Source: Candidatus Bathyarchaeota archaeon (GTDB lineage Archaea; Thermoproteota; Bathyarchaeia; 40CM-2-53-6). Taken from it: a stretch of DNA of 64,000 bases. Location: the NCBI GenBank assembly GCA_963733055.1, contig CAVTBR010000001.1:960001-1024000 (forward strand), in the 5' to 3' direction. Of this stretch, positions 1 through 10,205 are shown piece by piece; within the stretch, counting starts at the first letter, position 1; each line of letters begins with the position of its first letter. The notes beneath the pieces are model-generated. The model was not told the DNA's origin and made no database searches. It saw nothing but the letters and a program-made list of their open reading frames with translations. The translations under genes and the position numbers were made by a program.

Positions 1-700
1 CGATCAGAAGCGGAAGACCTTTGCTAAGATAATATCGCCCTGCAAAATAGAACTTGAATGGTTTCCATGCCTCGTGTGATCGGATCCTACGTACTGCAAT
101 TCCATTATAAATGATGCAAGTTGAGCCTCTAGGCGTGCCATAATATTTCTTGAAACTCTCTGCAACGTGTTTTGCGACATATATTATTGCTGAACTCCCC
201 GTGTAGTCTAGGCCATCGAACAACGACATGGGAATCGCTCTGGGCCCGTGTAGAGCCAGATCCTGGGGTGTCATGTATTTGAGCAAATAGGATGGCGGAA
301 GAGAAAAGAAACTTCGTGACATTTCAAGGCATGACCCGTGGATAGTAGTCACTACAGGTTTCCCTGTGTTAATCAGAGCCTTTAGCAAGAGAGAACCCGT
401 CCCGGTGTTGCTATGAACAATGTCGTTCCTCGCAGCCAGAGAAGTGATGAGGCGCTTATTCTGTAACTGATACCAAGTCGATTGCGGAGGCTTGTCCCAG
501 AACCATGTTCTGATAACGGTCAGGTTCTTGGAGGGTCTCTCAACTTGCGCAATCATGGAATCAGATAGACCACACACGACAGTTACTTTGACATCTTTAG
601 CGGCCATATTGGTGGCAAGAGTATGGCAGTACTGACCTATGCCCCCGAAGACATACGGTGGGTATTCATGAGTCAGCAAAAGCACACGGAGGGGCGCCAT
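1..700 (-). CDS. Glycosyltransferase family 4 (runs off left edge; not in ORF track)
   Basis: Manual translation from ATG at 700: MAPLRVLLLTHEYPPYVFGGIGQYCHTLA...IVHSN...VTTIHGS...IIYNGI...FAGRYYLSKG, a GT-B/GT4 pattern. Confidence 0.88.
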   Translation of the reverse strand, partial: MAPLRVLLLTHEYPPYVFGGIGQYCHTLATNMAAKDVKVTVVCGLSDSMIAQVERPSKNLTVIRTWFWDKPPQSTWYQLQNKRLITSLAARNDIVHSNTGTGSLLLKALINTGKPVVTTIHGSCLEMSRSFFSLPPSYLLKYMTPQDLALHGPRAIPMSLFDGLDYTGSSAIIYVAKHVAESFKKYYGTPRGSTCIIYNGIAVRRIRSHEAWKPFKFYFAGRYYLSKGLPLLI

Positions 701-988
701 ATATACACTGACCAAGAATTCAATCGAAGCATGCGTTATTAACTAACTTGATTGATCACAGTGATGAAGTTTGACTTAGAAACCAGAGAGGCATCCTAGT
801 AGCCACAAAATAACGTATTATCGTACAGTTTCGCGTTCGTTCGTGAATAAGTTCTGAGAAATTGAAGAGAGAATTGCATTAGCATTCCTGAGGAAATAAT
901 CGAGGCGATCGGTTTTCCCAGCGGTAACACCGTCGTATGCTCTGATCAAGTCATGCACTAAACCGCCCAGTTTCGTAGTCCAATGCAA

Positions 989-2059
989 TCATGCGGAGGT
1001 AGTCGTGGAGTAAGCTTCAATGAGCTTTCGAGTAACGTCATTCCAAGTAGGCAAACTCAAGTTCTCAACGTGTCTTCCGGCAACCGTTGTAATTAGTTGT
1101 GCCAACTCTGGCAATTCTGGTCGGGGTTGTATTCCGAAGCAGTTGCGACCATCCACCCATTCTGTTAGCGCCGATTGGTTCGCGACTATGCAAGGGGTGC
1201 CTGACGCCAATGATTCCAGAACGACTATGCCTGAAGCTTCATATTTCGAGAGAAGACAGAACACGCCCGCCTCCCGGTATTTTTCCAAGAGCTCGGATCG
1301 CTCCAAGCGCGATGAGAATGCAACCCGGTCTTGAACCCCCAGCTTGCGCGCTAGCTCCACGAGCCTTTCACCATCAGGCCCATCACCGACAATTTCTAGT
1401 CGAAAATCCTTTAGCAATTCGTCGGAAAGGGTCCTGATCAGGTAGTCTAGCCCCTTGTATTGTTCTAGACGAGACACGGATAGAATCGTCCACACGTCTT
1501 TTTGCACGTGGGTTGACTGGCGGAATTCCTCCGGGTCGATTCCATTTCCAATGAGCACCAGCTTCTTCTCGTCCAGCTGGAAATTTCTACGAAGTAGCTC
1601 TCTTTCATAGTTTGAGACACAGAAGATTAGATCCGCTTTCCGGAGTATTCGCCTCCCGATCGGCTTGTAAGGTGTGTGAAGGAGATCCCTAACCAGCGTG
1701 TGTCCCCTCCCGTGATAGTGGGGAGTAAAGAAGAAGTGATCTGCGACCCTAGAGACATGGAAAGCAGGGAAACCATGATAGGCGTGTGCATGGACGACAT
1801 CATAACTTCCTGTATTCTCAGACAAAAAATGTTCTAGCTTCCAGGATAAATGGTATGATTCGTTGGGTGACCATGAACGGAACCGTCTAACGGTAACACC
1901 GTTGATTGAAACTTCAGGTTCGAGCTTACCATCAGGGTCGGTAGTGAGGACGTCAACCTCAAAACCTTGCTTTACCAGCCTCTCACTTATCGCTCTGACA
2001 TGGCTTTCGACGCCTCCGATGAAAGGGTAATATCGTGGACAAACCTGTGCTATTCGCAT
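989..2059 (-). CDS. Glycosyltransferase family 4
   Basis: PRYYPFIGGVE N-terminal motif, VSRLEQYKG, and EASGIVVLESLASGTP (EX7E). Confidence 0.92.
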   Translation of the reverse strand: MRIAQVCPRYYPFIGGVESHVRAISERLVKQGFEVDVLTTDPDGKLEPEVSINGVTVRRFRSWSPNESYHLSWKLEHFLSENTGSYDVVHAHAYHGFPAFHVSRVADHFFFTPHYHGRGHTLVRDLLHTPYKPIGRRILRKADLIFCVSNYERELLRRNFQLDEKKLVLIGNGIDPEEFRQSTHVQKDVWTILSVSRLEQYKGLDYLIRTLSDELLKDFRLEIVGDGPDGERLVELARKLGVQDRVAFSSRLERSELLEKYREAGVFCLLSKYEASGIVVLESLASGTPCIVANQSALTEWVDGRNCFGIQPRPELPELAQLITTVAGRHVENLSLPTWNDVTRKLIEAYSTTTSA

Positions 2060-2079
2060 CGTGCAACACCTCCTGCTAA

Positions 2080-2466
2080 TCAGCGAGGTTCATGTTGCAA
2101 ATGAGTTAAGTTGCTTAAGTCATGAATTGTCACTAGCCAAGGTTTCTTGTACGCGTAATTCGCGAGGTTCATTACAGATGATAGAGTATTAGCGTGAACG
2201 ACATCCGTGTTCCTGAGGATTCTCTTTAGCGCCGTCCAGCCTCGCAGTTGAAACCAGAAGTTCGTAGGCGGGATATCGGGAATCGGGATACGGGTGACGG
2301 TCAATCCAGGTCTCGGCTGGATCGTTCCCCCTTGGTTCAGTTGCGCACACAGGACGTGAACATTTAGGCCCATCTGGGCCAATTCGTTCGATAAGACTTC
2401 GACAAAGCTTCCTATCCCACCGAACATTAATGGCGGGTATTCATGCGACAGCTCAAGAATATTCAC
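2080..2466 (-). pseudogene. Truncated GT4 glycosyltransferase (N-terminal domain only)
   Basis: HEYPPLMFGGIG...VVHAN...VTIHD then a stop; the next gene starts at 2059, leaving no room for the C-terminal domain. Confidence 0.7.
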
Positions 2467-2558
2467 GCGAATCGAACCTCCCTGCCTGGCTCTGACATCC
2501 TCAATGGATACGTCATTTGAACTCTCTGTAGGAAAGGGGATTGATACTCAGACTTTGG

Positions 2559-3323
2559 TCAAAAGCGGCTTGCGTATCGTCTCAGGAAGTGACTCACCGT
2601 CGCTCTTTCGATTCCCATCGTCCATGCTCTTCCGTCAGGTCCTCCCAATGCCAGCAGGACTGCGACAAGTGGCAACATGAGATAGAACGCTCTTATAGCA
2701 GCTGGCGGGCGCGACAGCCGCAAAGCCTGAAAGATCCCAAGCGTTGTCCTCATCTTATACATCTGCTCCTGTGTGAAATTACTACCACCACTATCTCTGC
2801 TCGTGGTTACGAAAGCTTCATCACACAATTTTACCTTACGACCGAGTTCGAGCGCACGGAACATCATGTAGGTATCTTCCGCCGTGGAGGGGGGAAGAGG
2901 AACAAGTTGGTCGAAGAGTCGTCTTTTGATCAGCATAAGCTCGCCGCTGGCGGCGATTGGCAGTCTTTTCCGAATTGGATCGAGAACTTTGTAGAACTTC
3001 TGTTGGGGGCCACTGGTCACTCTTACCTTGCAGAAGGCCACGTCAATCTCACTTGAAGACATAAGGTCCAAGGCTCGGTCCAGATGATAGATTTTCGTGT
3101 CAACGTCGTTGAGGATGACTAGATCGGTGTGGGTTGGTATGAATTTAGCTCCGTAGTTGATAGCATCCCATTTTCCAGACGCCTTTCTATAGAGCACTCT
3201 GGGACGTCTCAGGTTTTCTCCACAGATTATAATGAATGGGAGTCCAATTCGGTTAAGTTCCTGCAGCTTACGCCCTACATAGTCTTGATTCCTCGCTGGC
3301 ACTATGATGAAAGGAGTAGTCAT
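2559..3323 (-). CDS. Glycosyltransferase family 2
   Basis: IIVPARN, GKWDAINYG, DVD (DxD), AEDT motif and a C-terminal hydrophobic segment. Confidence 0.85.
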   Translation of the reverse strand: MTTPFIIVPARNQDYVGRKLQELNRIGLPFIIICGENLRRPRVLYRKASGKWDAINYGAKFIPTHTDLVILNDVDTKIYHLDRALDLMSSSEIDVAFCKVRVTSGPQQKFYKVLDPIRKRLPIAASGELMLIKRRLFDQLVPLPPSTAEDTYMMFRALELGRKVKLCDEAFVTTSRDSGGSNFTQEQMYKMRTTLGIFQALRLSRPPAAIRAFYLMLPLVAVLLALGGPDGRAWTMGIERATVSHFLRRYASRF

Positions 3324-3454
3324 GTCATTCCCGGCTTGGCTCGAACTGAAGACGACCGTGAAGACTTTGCGATGGTGTTTGTCGTATTTGACAATGCTTC
3401 TCTTGCGTTTTGTTATTGCTTACGAATTGTTTATGGTTTGCGAATCAAATTCTC

Positions 3455-3819
3455 GACTATGCAAGGTAAGGTTACGGAGGTATCGATAAACTATAGGAAA
3501 CGAATGGGAGAACCGAGGTTATCAACGGTGGGTTTGCGGATGGGATATTCTGAGGCCAAACTTTGGGCTTGCTAGGATCTACAATTCTTTTTCTCCATAC
3601 CGTCGGCCTTTATCGCGATTCCGGGTCTGTGATATTGTCTTGAGTTATCTGGAGATGGGTGGTATCTAGGGTGTTCCATAGTGGATGGGCACTTGTGTGG
3701 GTATGCCAATGCTCCTCGCTTCTGGGGCATTCGTAATCGGTACAATATGGCTCCTCCTGAAGCGAAGCGAGATCAGAATCGAGAAACTAGTTCGAAGTAA
3801 TCTCGACCTTCGAAATTAA
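3455..3819 (+). pseudogene. Decayed C-terminal remnant of a GT2 paralogous to 11699..12667
   Basis: Three frames give GKVTEVSINYRKRMGEPRLST / ARIYNSF / VFHSGWAL...LLLKRSEIRI, matching GEITEVPIEYRTRIGEPKLST / TRIYNPV / IFYSGWAL...LLIKRSEARI of the intact gene; contains frameshifts and a stop. Confidence 0.8.
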
Positions 3820-3899
3820 ACTGAATTTGGCGCTCTTAACCGATCGCTCAATAATCCTTATGGTTTGCCCTGAATAATGCTTACCTTTGGTGTGGAGCC

Positions 3900-4958
3900 T
3901 TGGAGGAGGTAAAGTGCGGAGTTTGCGGAGTACGTCCCGCCAAGATTAACGACATTTTATGCGATACCTGCTCCGATCGATATTCGAAACTACTTCGAAC
4001 CCAACGAGAAAAGACCGATAAATTTAACGCGAGAATATCTCAACTAACACAAGCTGACGCAACCCCCCCTAACTCCACGAATGCGGCCATTCAATCGAGC
4101 CCTCAAGTTACACAAGCGCTGCTACAGCCCATACAAGATGTGCAGCGTTCGGAACTCCAGACAGAGCAACTTCTCACAGAATCTCAACTGTTGCGGAAAC
4201 AGAGGCATACTACGACGCTGGTTGCCTGTCTCCTCTTAGGAATCGGGTTGGGCGCCTTCGTGGCCGCCGTCGTCTTTGCTTCAACAATCCTGAGCTTCAT
4301 CGGTCTTGGGTTGACGGTCTGGGGGTCACTGATGTTCTTCATTCAACCAAAGAATTATGTTAGGTCAGATCTCATGAACGCGACTGCAATTTCCTCGCTG
4401 AAGACGATCGATAAGATGATGATAGGCATGGGTTACACGGAGAAGGGAGTCTACATTCGAGCACACGATTCCGACAAGGCGGTAGTATTTGTACCCTCGG
4501 AACCATTCTCTATGATTCCGCAATTGTCAAGCCTCGAGGACGGCCGGACGTTCCTAAGCGAACCAGCGGGGCTCTTGGTTCCACCCCCTGGACTTGCGCT
4601 TGCAAGTTTAATTGAGAAGAAGCTAGGGTTCAAACTGAAGAACTGTGGATTAGAAGCTCTAGTTGAAGCCCTTCCTAAGGTGCTTGTAGAAGACCTTGAG
4701 ATCGTCAAGGATGTCGAGATCGAGGTGAAAGAGGATTTCGTTACCTTCAAACTCTACGACTCAATTTACGCCGATTTCTGTTTAGAAGTTCGCGATACTA
4801 GCAGGCGATGCGGACTTGGCTGCCCAATGTGCAGCGCGCTTGCATCCATCCTAGCAATCGCTACAGGCAAGCCTGTTCTTTATGAGGAAGACAGGACATC
4901 TGAGGACAGCAGATTCACTGAATCAGTTTATCAAATAGTCAACCGATCGCGGCTCTAA
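3900..4958 (+). CDS. Membrane protein: N-terminal Zn ribbon, 2 TM helices, C-terminal V4R-like Cys domain
   Basis: CGVC...CDTC; two hydrophobic helices; FCLEV...CGLGCPMCSALA. Confidence 0.75.
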   Translation: MEEVKCGVCGVRPAKINDILCDTCSDRYSKLLRTQREKTDKFNARISQLTQADATPPNSTNAAIQSSPQVTQALLQPIQDVQRSELQTEQLLTESQLLRKQRHTTTLVACLLLGIGLGAFVAAVVFASTILSFIGLGLTVWGSLMFFIQPKNYVRSDLMNATAISSLKTIDKMMIGMGYTEKGVYIRAHDSDKAVVFVPSEPFSMIPQLSSLEDGRTFLSEPAGLLVPPPGLALASLIEKKLGFKLKNCGLEALVEALPKVLVEDLEIVKDVEIEVKEDFVTFKLYDSIYADFCLEVRDTSRRCGLGCPMCSALASILAIATGKPVLYEEDRTSEDSRFTESVYQIVNRSRL

Positions 4959-5193
4959 GCGCCACTGCCTTTCCTTTCGAAACTAAATTCTTTGAAGGCA
5001 ATATCCGTACGACGACGTATATCGGTTTGCTACGACAACGGTCAAGAGAGTCCGCTTCGAACAAGCGCCTAAAACGCCGCAATCAGGAGGCGGTCCCGTG
5101 ACTTACTGACAAGTGCTGATTGAGGCGCAAGGGAGTTTAGGAATAGCGAATCGACTGTACGTTCGCACTGGACCCGTGTTGTAGGGCGGTATG

Positions 5194-5808
5194 TCAGTGT
5201 CGTCTCGGGATGACGAGGAGGGACCCGGCGACTGTAAGTGCAGTCAACATCAGTAACAATGCCACAACCGGAGACGTTGCCGTTGGCTGGCTCTGACTTG
5301 TGTTAACCGCTTGGTGAGTTAAGGGCGCTACTGGGGTTCCAGCAGGAGGGACACTTGTTCCCGGTTGCTGGCTTGTACCGCTCGTTGACGGCGCGAATGC
5401 GTAAGTTCCAATCGATGTGTCGACGCTTGGGAAAATGCGGCCATTATCATCTGCTAAACCGTAGGCTTGGATGTAGATTGTGACGGTGCCAGCAAGCGAT
5501 GTAGGCGGCGTGAACGAGTACGTATATGTTCCGGGCGCGGTCTGCTTCAGGCTTGCAGTAACAGTAACACAACTCGTGTTGCAGACGTTAAGTGTAACTT
5601 GGTTTGTAGATAGGACGACCGGCGTTCCATCGGCATATAGGACGCTTATAGCGCCGCTGTAAAGGCTTGGAGCAGCCAACGCCGGCGCACCCGTAGTACC
5701 AAGAATCGGTAACCCAACGGTGCCTTCGCCAGTATTTGCGTACACGGAAACAACTCCCAACGTCAGGAGCATTGCAAACAAGACTACTGCTAGGCCAAGG
5801 CTCTTCAA
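5194..5808 (-). CDS. Secreted Ser/Thr/Pro-rich surface protein with C-terminal TM anchor
   Basis: Signal peptide, beta-rich core, S/T/P linker, TM helix followed by RRH. Confidence 0.8.
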   Translation of the reverse strand: MKSLGLAVVLFAMLLTLGVVSVYANTGEGTVGLPILGTTGAPALAAPSLYSGAISVLYADGTPVVLSTNQVTLNVCNTSCVTVTASLKQTAPGTYTYSFTPPTSLAGTVTIYIQAYGLADDNGRIFPSVDTSIGTYAFAPSTSGTSQQPGTSVPPAGTPVAPLTHQAVNTSQSQPTATSPVVALLLMLTALTVAGSLLVIPRRH

Positions 5809-5915
5809 TTAAGATCAAGTAAAACGTGTGGCCTTTCACATATATAGGTTATACACTCGTTTCCGAAACGAGTCGATCTCAAAGATCGAGGCAAGTCCAA
5901 CAACATGACTCGTTC

Positions 5916-7925
5916 CTACCTCGTCGGCGGCAGCGGGAATATGGTATGAGGGTCTAGGACGAGTGGAAAGAGGCTTCGAAAGGCGGCGTTGAAAAGCAAC
6001 AGTGCTAAAACTGACATGATTAGAGCATCCAAGGTTCGATACTTGGGCAGCCTAACAACAATAACCAGGGCCATTGTCAACGCAGCGGCTACAAGTATTA
6101 ACCTGATATTGGGATCGATGATCACGAACAGCCCCGCCCCCGTAGCGGCGAATGGTGCCATGGAAAGCAGAGGAACCAGTTTAGACAGAACGCTCTTAAA
6201 GTTCTCAGGAGTAATCGGTTGCTTCGCAAGGCTGAGGCATTTCTCCATACCCAACGCTAGAAGAAACGGGAGCGGGGAGATGTATAGCATTCGCCAAAGT
6301 CCAGTCTCACTGAGCCCTAGATTTGTAGGGTTGAGTCCCGATGGAGCCACAAGAATTGAGCCTACGCACCAAGCGGCAATCCATGCGATTAGATAATTTG
6401 AGGCGATACCGCGGCGTCGGGAAAGGTTGTACGCTCCCACTAAGCTGAGCAGTAGAATGACCGGAGATAGAACGGGCCCCAAATTAGTGAACATATTTGC
6501 CAGGGCGGCACCGAAACTCAGCAGACTAATCGGATTAACAGGAGCACTAACGTACAATTGGAGAGTGCCCGTAAAATCATATCTGAGGCTTGGGGAGAGC
6601 GAGTACGCGGCTACACCGACCGGAAGAGCAAGTATTAGCGCCGCGAATAGCGTCCGAGCACAATGCCTACTCCAGATGCTCTGTCGTGAAAGAACGGCTG
6701 TCAAGAGCAAGGTTGTTGTGAAGACCCCCCAAGTCCAAGGGTGGACAACGAGAATGACAACCGACAAGACGCCTAAGATGATATAGGTGGCGATGTTCGC
6801 TTCACTGTTGGAAAAGTAGACCGCTAGGAAGACCATCCAGAAGAGAAGTGCAACCCAATTAGCTTGGATCGCCACATATATTCCAAGAGTGGTTGGCAGC
6901 CAGAGCAAGGTGGAGATTGAGGTTAGAGTTGCGAGTCGAAAGTCCCATCCTCCACGCAATGCTACGAAGAAGGAAGCTGATGCAGTGCAGAATGTTAGAA
7001 TGAGGGGCGCATACTTCACGATTGACGTTGGACTGATTCCGGTGGCCGACTGGATTAGGTATAGGAACACGACGTAGGCTCCATGACTGGTTGATGTGTT
7101 GAAAGCCTGGGACGGTGTTAGGCCAACAAGGGCGTTAAGCGGGTCTATGTATCTCCAAAACGAGTCCTGACCTACGACCCATGTTTGTCCTGCGAGGTAT
7201 GGGTAGAAGAAGACGATTATCGACACGATAGCGAAGAGATCTAACGCTGCCACAATCGTTCTGATGCCTGGCTTCCGCGAAGACGGTTGATAACGAACGA
7301 GTAGATGGCTTTTGAATCGGGGGAGGCGAGGAATGAGTGGAACCCACAACCATGCGAACAGAAGCAACAGCATTATTGGAATGACGAGCGGGTAGAGAAA
7401 AAAGGTCAGGTTCGCTTCAAGCTGCTGGGCGAGGCCCCCAACTCTCGCCTGCGGGTTGAGCGCTGCGCTCACCCAATAGAAGAGAGATGGCCATTCAACT
7501 AAAGCAAAAATTGAAAGCGTTGAGGGAAGTATCTCTGTAAGAGCGATTCTGCGCGTCTCCGATCCTAGTACGTTCAAAGCAGCCGCACAGACCACAGTGG
7601 CATAAAGGACTGGAACGGCCACGGGTTGGTTGAGAGTTGCCAGAGCTACTGATCCCACCCAAACTGCTACGGTCCCGATTGAAACAGGAGTTGAGAATCG
7701 CTTCCAAGAAAGCGCAAAGGTGCAAGGAACGCTGACAGTTGAGGCAAGGAAGACGTAGTAATCGTAAGAGGGAGAAATGAGCATCGTCTGCGTTGTGCGA
7801 GGGTAGTAGAGGTAGTATGGTATCTGTAGCTGGTTGATGAGGACGAGAAGGCCCATGGCAAGACTGATCCCCATCATCCAGTGTAGTAACTTTCCCCGAA
7901 TTTGGTCCATGTAGAACTCCTTCAA
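5916..7925 (-). CDS. Large polytopic membrane protein (possibly GT-C-like)
   Basis: 669 aa with many TM helices, located in a glycosylation region; function inferred only. Confidence 0.7.
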   Translation of the reverse strand: MKEFYMDQIRGKLLHWMMGISLAMGLLVLINQLQIPYYLYYPRTTQTMLISPSYDYYVFLASTVSVPCTFALSWKRFSTPVSIGTVAVWVGSVALATLNQPVAVPVLYATVVCAAALNVLGSETRRIALTEILPSTLSIFALVEWPSLFYWVSAALNPQARVGGLAQQLEANLTFFLYPLVIPIMLLLLFAWLWVPLIPRLPRFKSHLLVRYQPSSRKPGIRTIVAALDLFAIVSIIVFFYPYLAGQTWVVGQDSFWRYIDPLNALVGLTPSQAFNTSTSHGAYVVFLYLIQSATGISPTSIVKYAPLILTFCTASASFFVALRGGWDFRLATLTSISTLLWLPTTLGIYVAIQANWVALLFWMVFLAVYFSNSEANIATYIILGVLSVVILVVHPWTWGVFTTTLLLTAVLSRQSIWSRHCARTLFAALILALPVGVAAYSLSPSLRYDFTGTLQLYVSAPVNPISLLSFGAALANMFTNLGPVLSPVILLLSLVGAYNLSRRRGIASNYLIAWIAAWCVGSILVAPSGLNPTNLGLSETGLWRMLYISPLPFLLALGMEKCLSLAKQPITPENFKSVLSKLVPLLSMAPFAATGAGLFVIIDPNIRLILVAAALTMALVIVVRLPKYRTLDALIMSVLALLLFNAAFRSLFPLVLDPHTIFPLPPTR

Positions 7926-7984
7926 GAATTCGTTTCGGGCGAGTATACTAGGGCCAGCTGATCTTCAACCCTTTATGCTATTTG

Positions 7985-10138
7985 TTAACTCGACTTAGCT
8001 TCCAACCGTTGAAATCCCGGTATGCGTACCAACAACTCCGCCGTCAATGCGGCTGATCCACACATTATTGAAAGGACGGTGAAGGGGCCTGCGGCCAATA
8101 GTAGGACGGTGTTTTCTAGGTACAGGCCTAGGAGGATCCCGAATAATCCGCATGCAAGCGATGCTCCGCAGGTGTATAGGCATGTTCCGGTCGTTATTTT
8201 GAACTTCCGTTTGATAATGGTCAAGGGCAGGCCTAAGTAGAATACGCCAATCGTTGAACTGGCCAAAAGACCTGAGAGCAGAGTTGCATACTCCGGATAT
8301 GCCGGTAGAGCTGCGTAAAGCTCTGATGCGATAGTAAGAATTACAATTAGCGGGTAAAGGGCTCCCTGCATGATCCAACGGGTGTTGGCATGAGTGCTCA
8401 TGTAACTCGCGACGTAGGGGCTGAATGAATAGTACCAAGTGTTGAAGATTAGAAGGAAACTCGCTCCGGCTCTGCTCGTGATCACGCGGGCTCTGAAGTT
8501 TCGGAGGAGTTCGACTTGAGGGCTTAGCTGTGAACCAAACGTAGCTGTTGCAATCAGGCATTGAGGTTTCGCGGCTTGGGAGGTTGTACTATTGGTTATC
8601 GTGAGTAAAATACCGACTGAGTGTGCAATGACTCCATCGCTTCCCAGGAAGGTTACCTCTACAGTTTCTGGAGTCGCAGTGGAATTCACTTGAATCACTA
8701 GGGCCGACGACGCGTTTTCTCCGACCGAGATGCTGATCTGTTTCGGGTCCAGCGAATAACCCACTTCATTCGGAAGATTAACAGGGCTTATCGTTAGGGT
8801 GCCGCCGTAGCCGGAAATCGACGTACCTACGATTGTGACGGTTCCAGACTCGCCTCGAGGTACAGCAATAATCTCGGGGTAGGCGTTTAATGTAAAGTCA
8901 TGGGTGAATCCTGAGAGTCTAGCGATCTTATTCTTGCCGGGTTCACTAATCCAAATGTTGCCTTTGGAATCAATGACCACATCTCGCGGTGAACTTACCC
9001 CTAGTGAATACTCAGCGAATAGTCCACTGGATGCCGCGCTGATTCTTGTATTTGTTGGATTGGCGACGTTAGTTGAGGCGGTGAGATTGGCTAGGGTAGG
9101 CGCGATTGCGACTGGCGTTCCGCCAGATGGCTCTGTGGTCATTGCGGTTGATAGAATTGTGCTCCCGCTCGAGTTGCTTAGAACTGCTATGGCACCATTG
9201 GCTGCGTTCGATGAGCGTTCGGCTATCCAGGGTTGTTGAGTTACGGGGTTAATGCCGACCCCTATCGGGTCGGCGCCTGGTGTAGGCAAACGCCATTCCT
9301 GTAGGGTGGAGTCTCCGCGCAAAACTCCAACGAAGTTGTCGTCACTCGTAGCATTCTCCGACCCCTGTGTATACCATGCTTGACCATATCGGTCGAGTGT
9401 GATGAAGCGGCCCACTGCCGAACCGTGAATAGGCAACTGCCATATCGTATACTGTCGCGACGCCCGGTCCCATCTAACGACGGAAGAGAAACCGGCAAAC
9501 CAGATTGAGTTCGGCTGCGCATATACGTCATAGGCGCCACCACCAACTGCCGAAGGAAATGTATCTTCATAAAGAGTAATGTTTTCCGCCAATGGATCAT
9601 AGATAATTTCGCCATTTGCGTTTCTGATCGCTTCAGTGAACCAAACTCGCACTTGCGTCCCGCCCGGTTCAACGGATATGCCCTCGACACCATTGCCGGA
9701 GTGCGGTAGGCTATACTCGCGAAGAACGCCCTGTGCGGGTGAGAACATGAAGATTTTGTTCGAGTTAAACTCGGTTCCCCATAGATCCGTTGAGCCTTGA
9801 CTGGAGGTAATTGCAAGGCCAAATGGGTTTGCATTCTTTGTGGGGATAAGCCATTCCTGGAATGCGCCTGTGCTTGGGTCAAAATGGCTCAATTTGTTGC
9901 CGGAGTTCTCCAGGAACCAGCAGCAAGAACCTGATTGGTCTAATGTTAATGCTGTGGGTTCGCTATTGGGTGTGGGGACCGTCCACTCGGTAAGTGCTGC
10001 ACTTGGTTGATTGAAAGGCATAGCAGCAGGAAATGTGTGGAGACCCATTGAGAACAATACCACAAGGATAGAAAATGTAGCAATGACGGAAGGCCTTGAA
10101 ATTGTTCCTAGCAGGCGTATAACATGCAAATGTTTCAC
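7985..10138 (-). CDS. Secreted Vgb-lyase-like beta-propeller with CFI-box-CTERM domain
   Basis: Repeated W-x-TE / EW-x-IPT blades; C-terminal CLIATATFGSQLSPQVELLRNFR...YYSFSP followed by TM helices. Confidence 0.85.
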   Translation of the reverse strand: MKHLHVIRLLGTISRPSVIATFSILVVLFSMGLHTFPAAMPFNQPSAALTEWTVPTPNSEPTALTLDQSGSCCWFLENSGNKLSHFDPSTGAFQEWLIPTKNANPFGLAITSSQGSTDLWGTEFNSNKIFMFSPAQGVLREYSLPHSGNGVEGISVEPGGTQVRVWFTEAIRNANGEIIYDPLAENITLYEDTFPSAVGGGAYDVYAQPNSIWFAGFSSVVRWDRASRQYTIWQLPIHGSAVGRFITLDRYGQAWYTQGSENATSDDNFVGVLRGDSTLQEWRLPTPGADPIGVGINPVTQQPWIAERSSNAANGAIAVLSNSSGSTILSTAMTTEPSGGTPVAIAPTLANLTASTNVANPTNTRISAASSGLFAEYSLGVSSPRDVVIDSKGNIWISEPGKNKIARLSGFTHDFTLNAYPEIIAVPRGESGTVTIVGTSISGYGGTLTISPVNLPNEVGYSLDPKQISISVGENASSALVIQVNSTATPETVEVTFLGSDGVIAHSVGILLTITNSTTSQAAKPQCLIATATFGSQLSPQVELLRNFRARVITSRAGASFLLIFNTWYYSFSPYVASYMSTHANTRWIMQGALYPLIVILTIASELYAALPAYPEYATLLSGLLASSTIGVFYLGLPLTIIKRKFKITTGTCLYTCGASLACGLFGILLGLYLENTVLLLAAGPFTVLSIMCGSAALTAELLVRIPGFQRLEAKSS

Positions 10139-10205
10139 AACTGGAGAACATTCATTCTAGGGCCGCTGGTATTTTCGTTTCGGATGACTAGCCGTCTCAT
10201 AGGCG

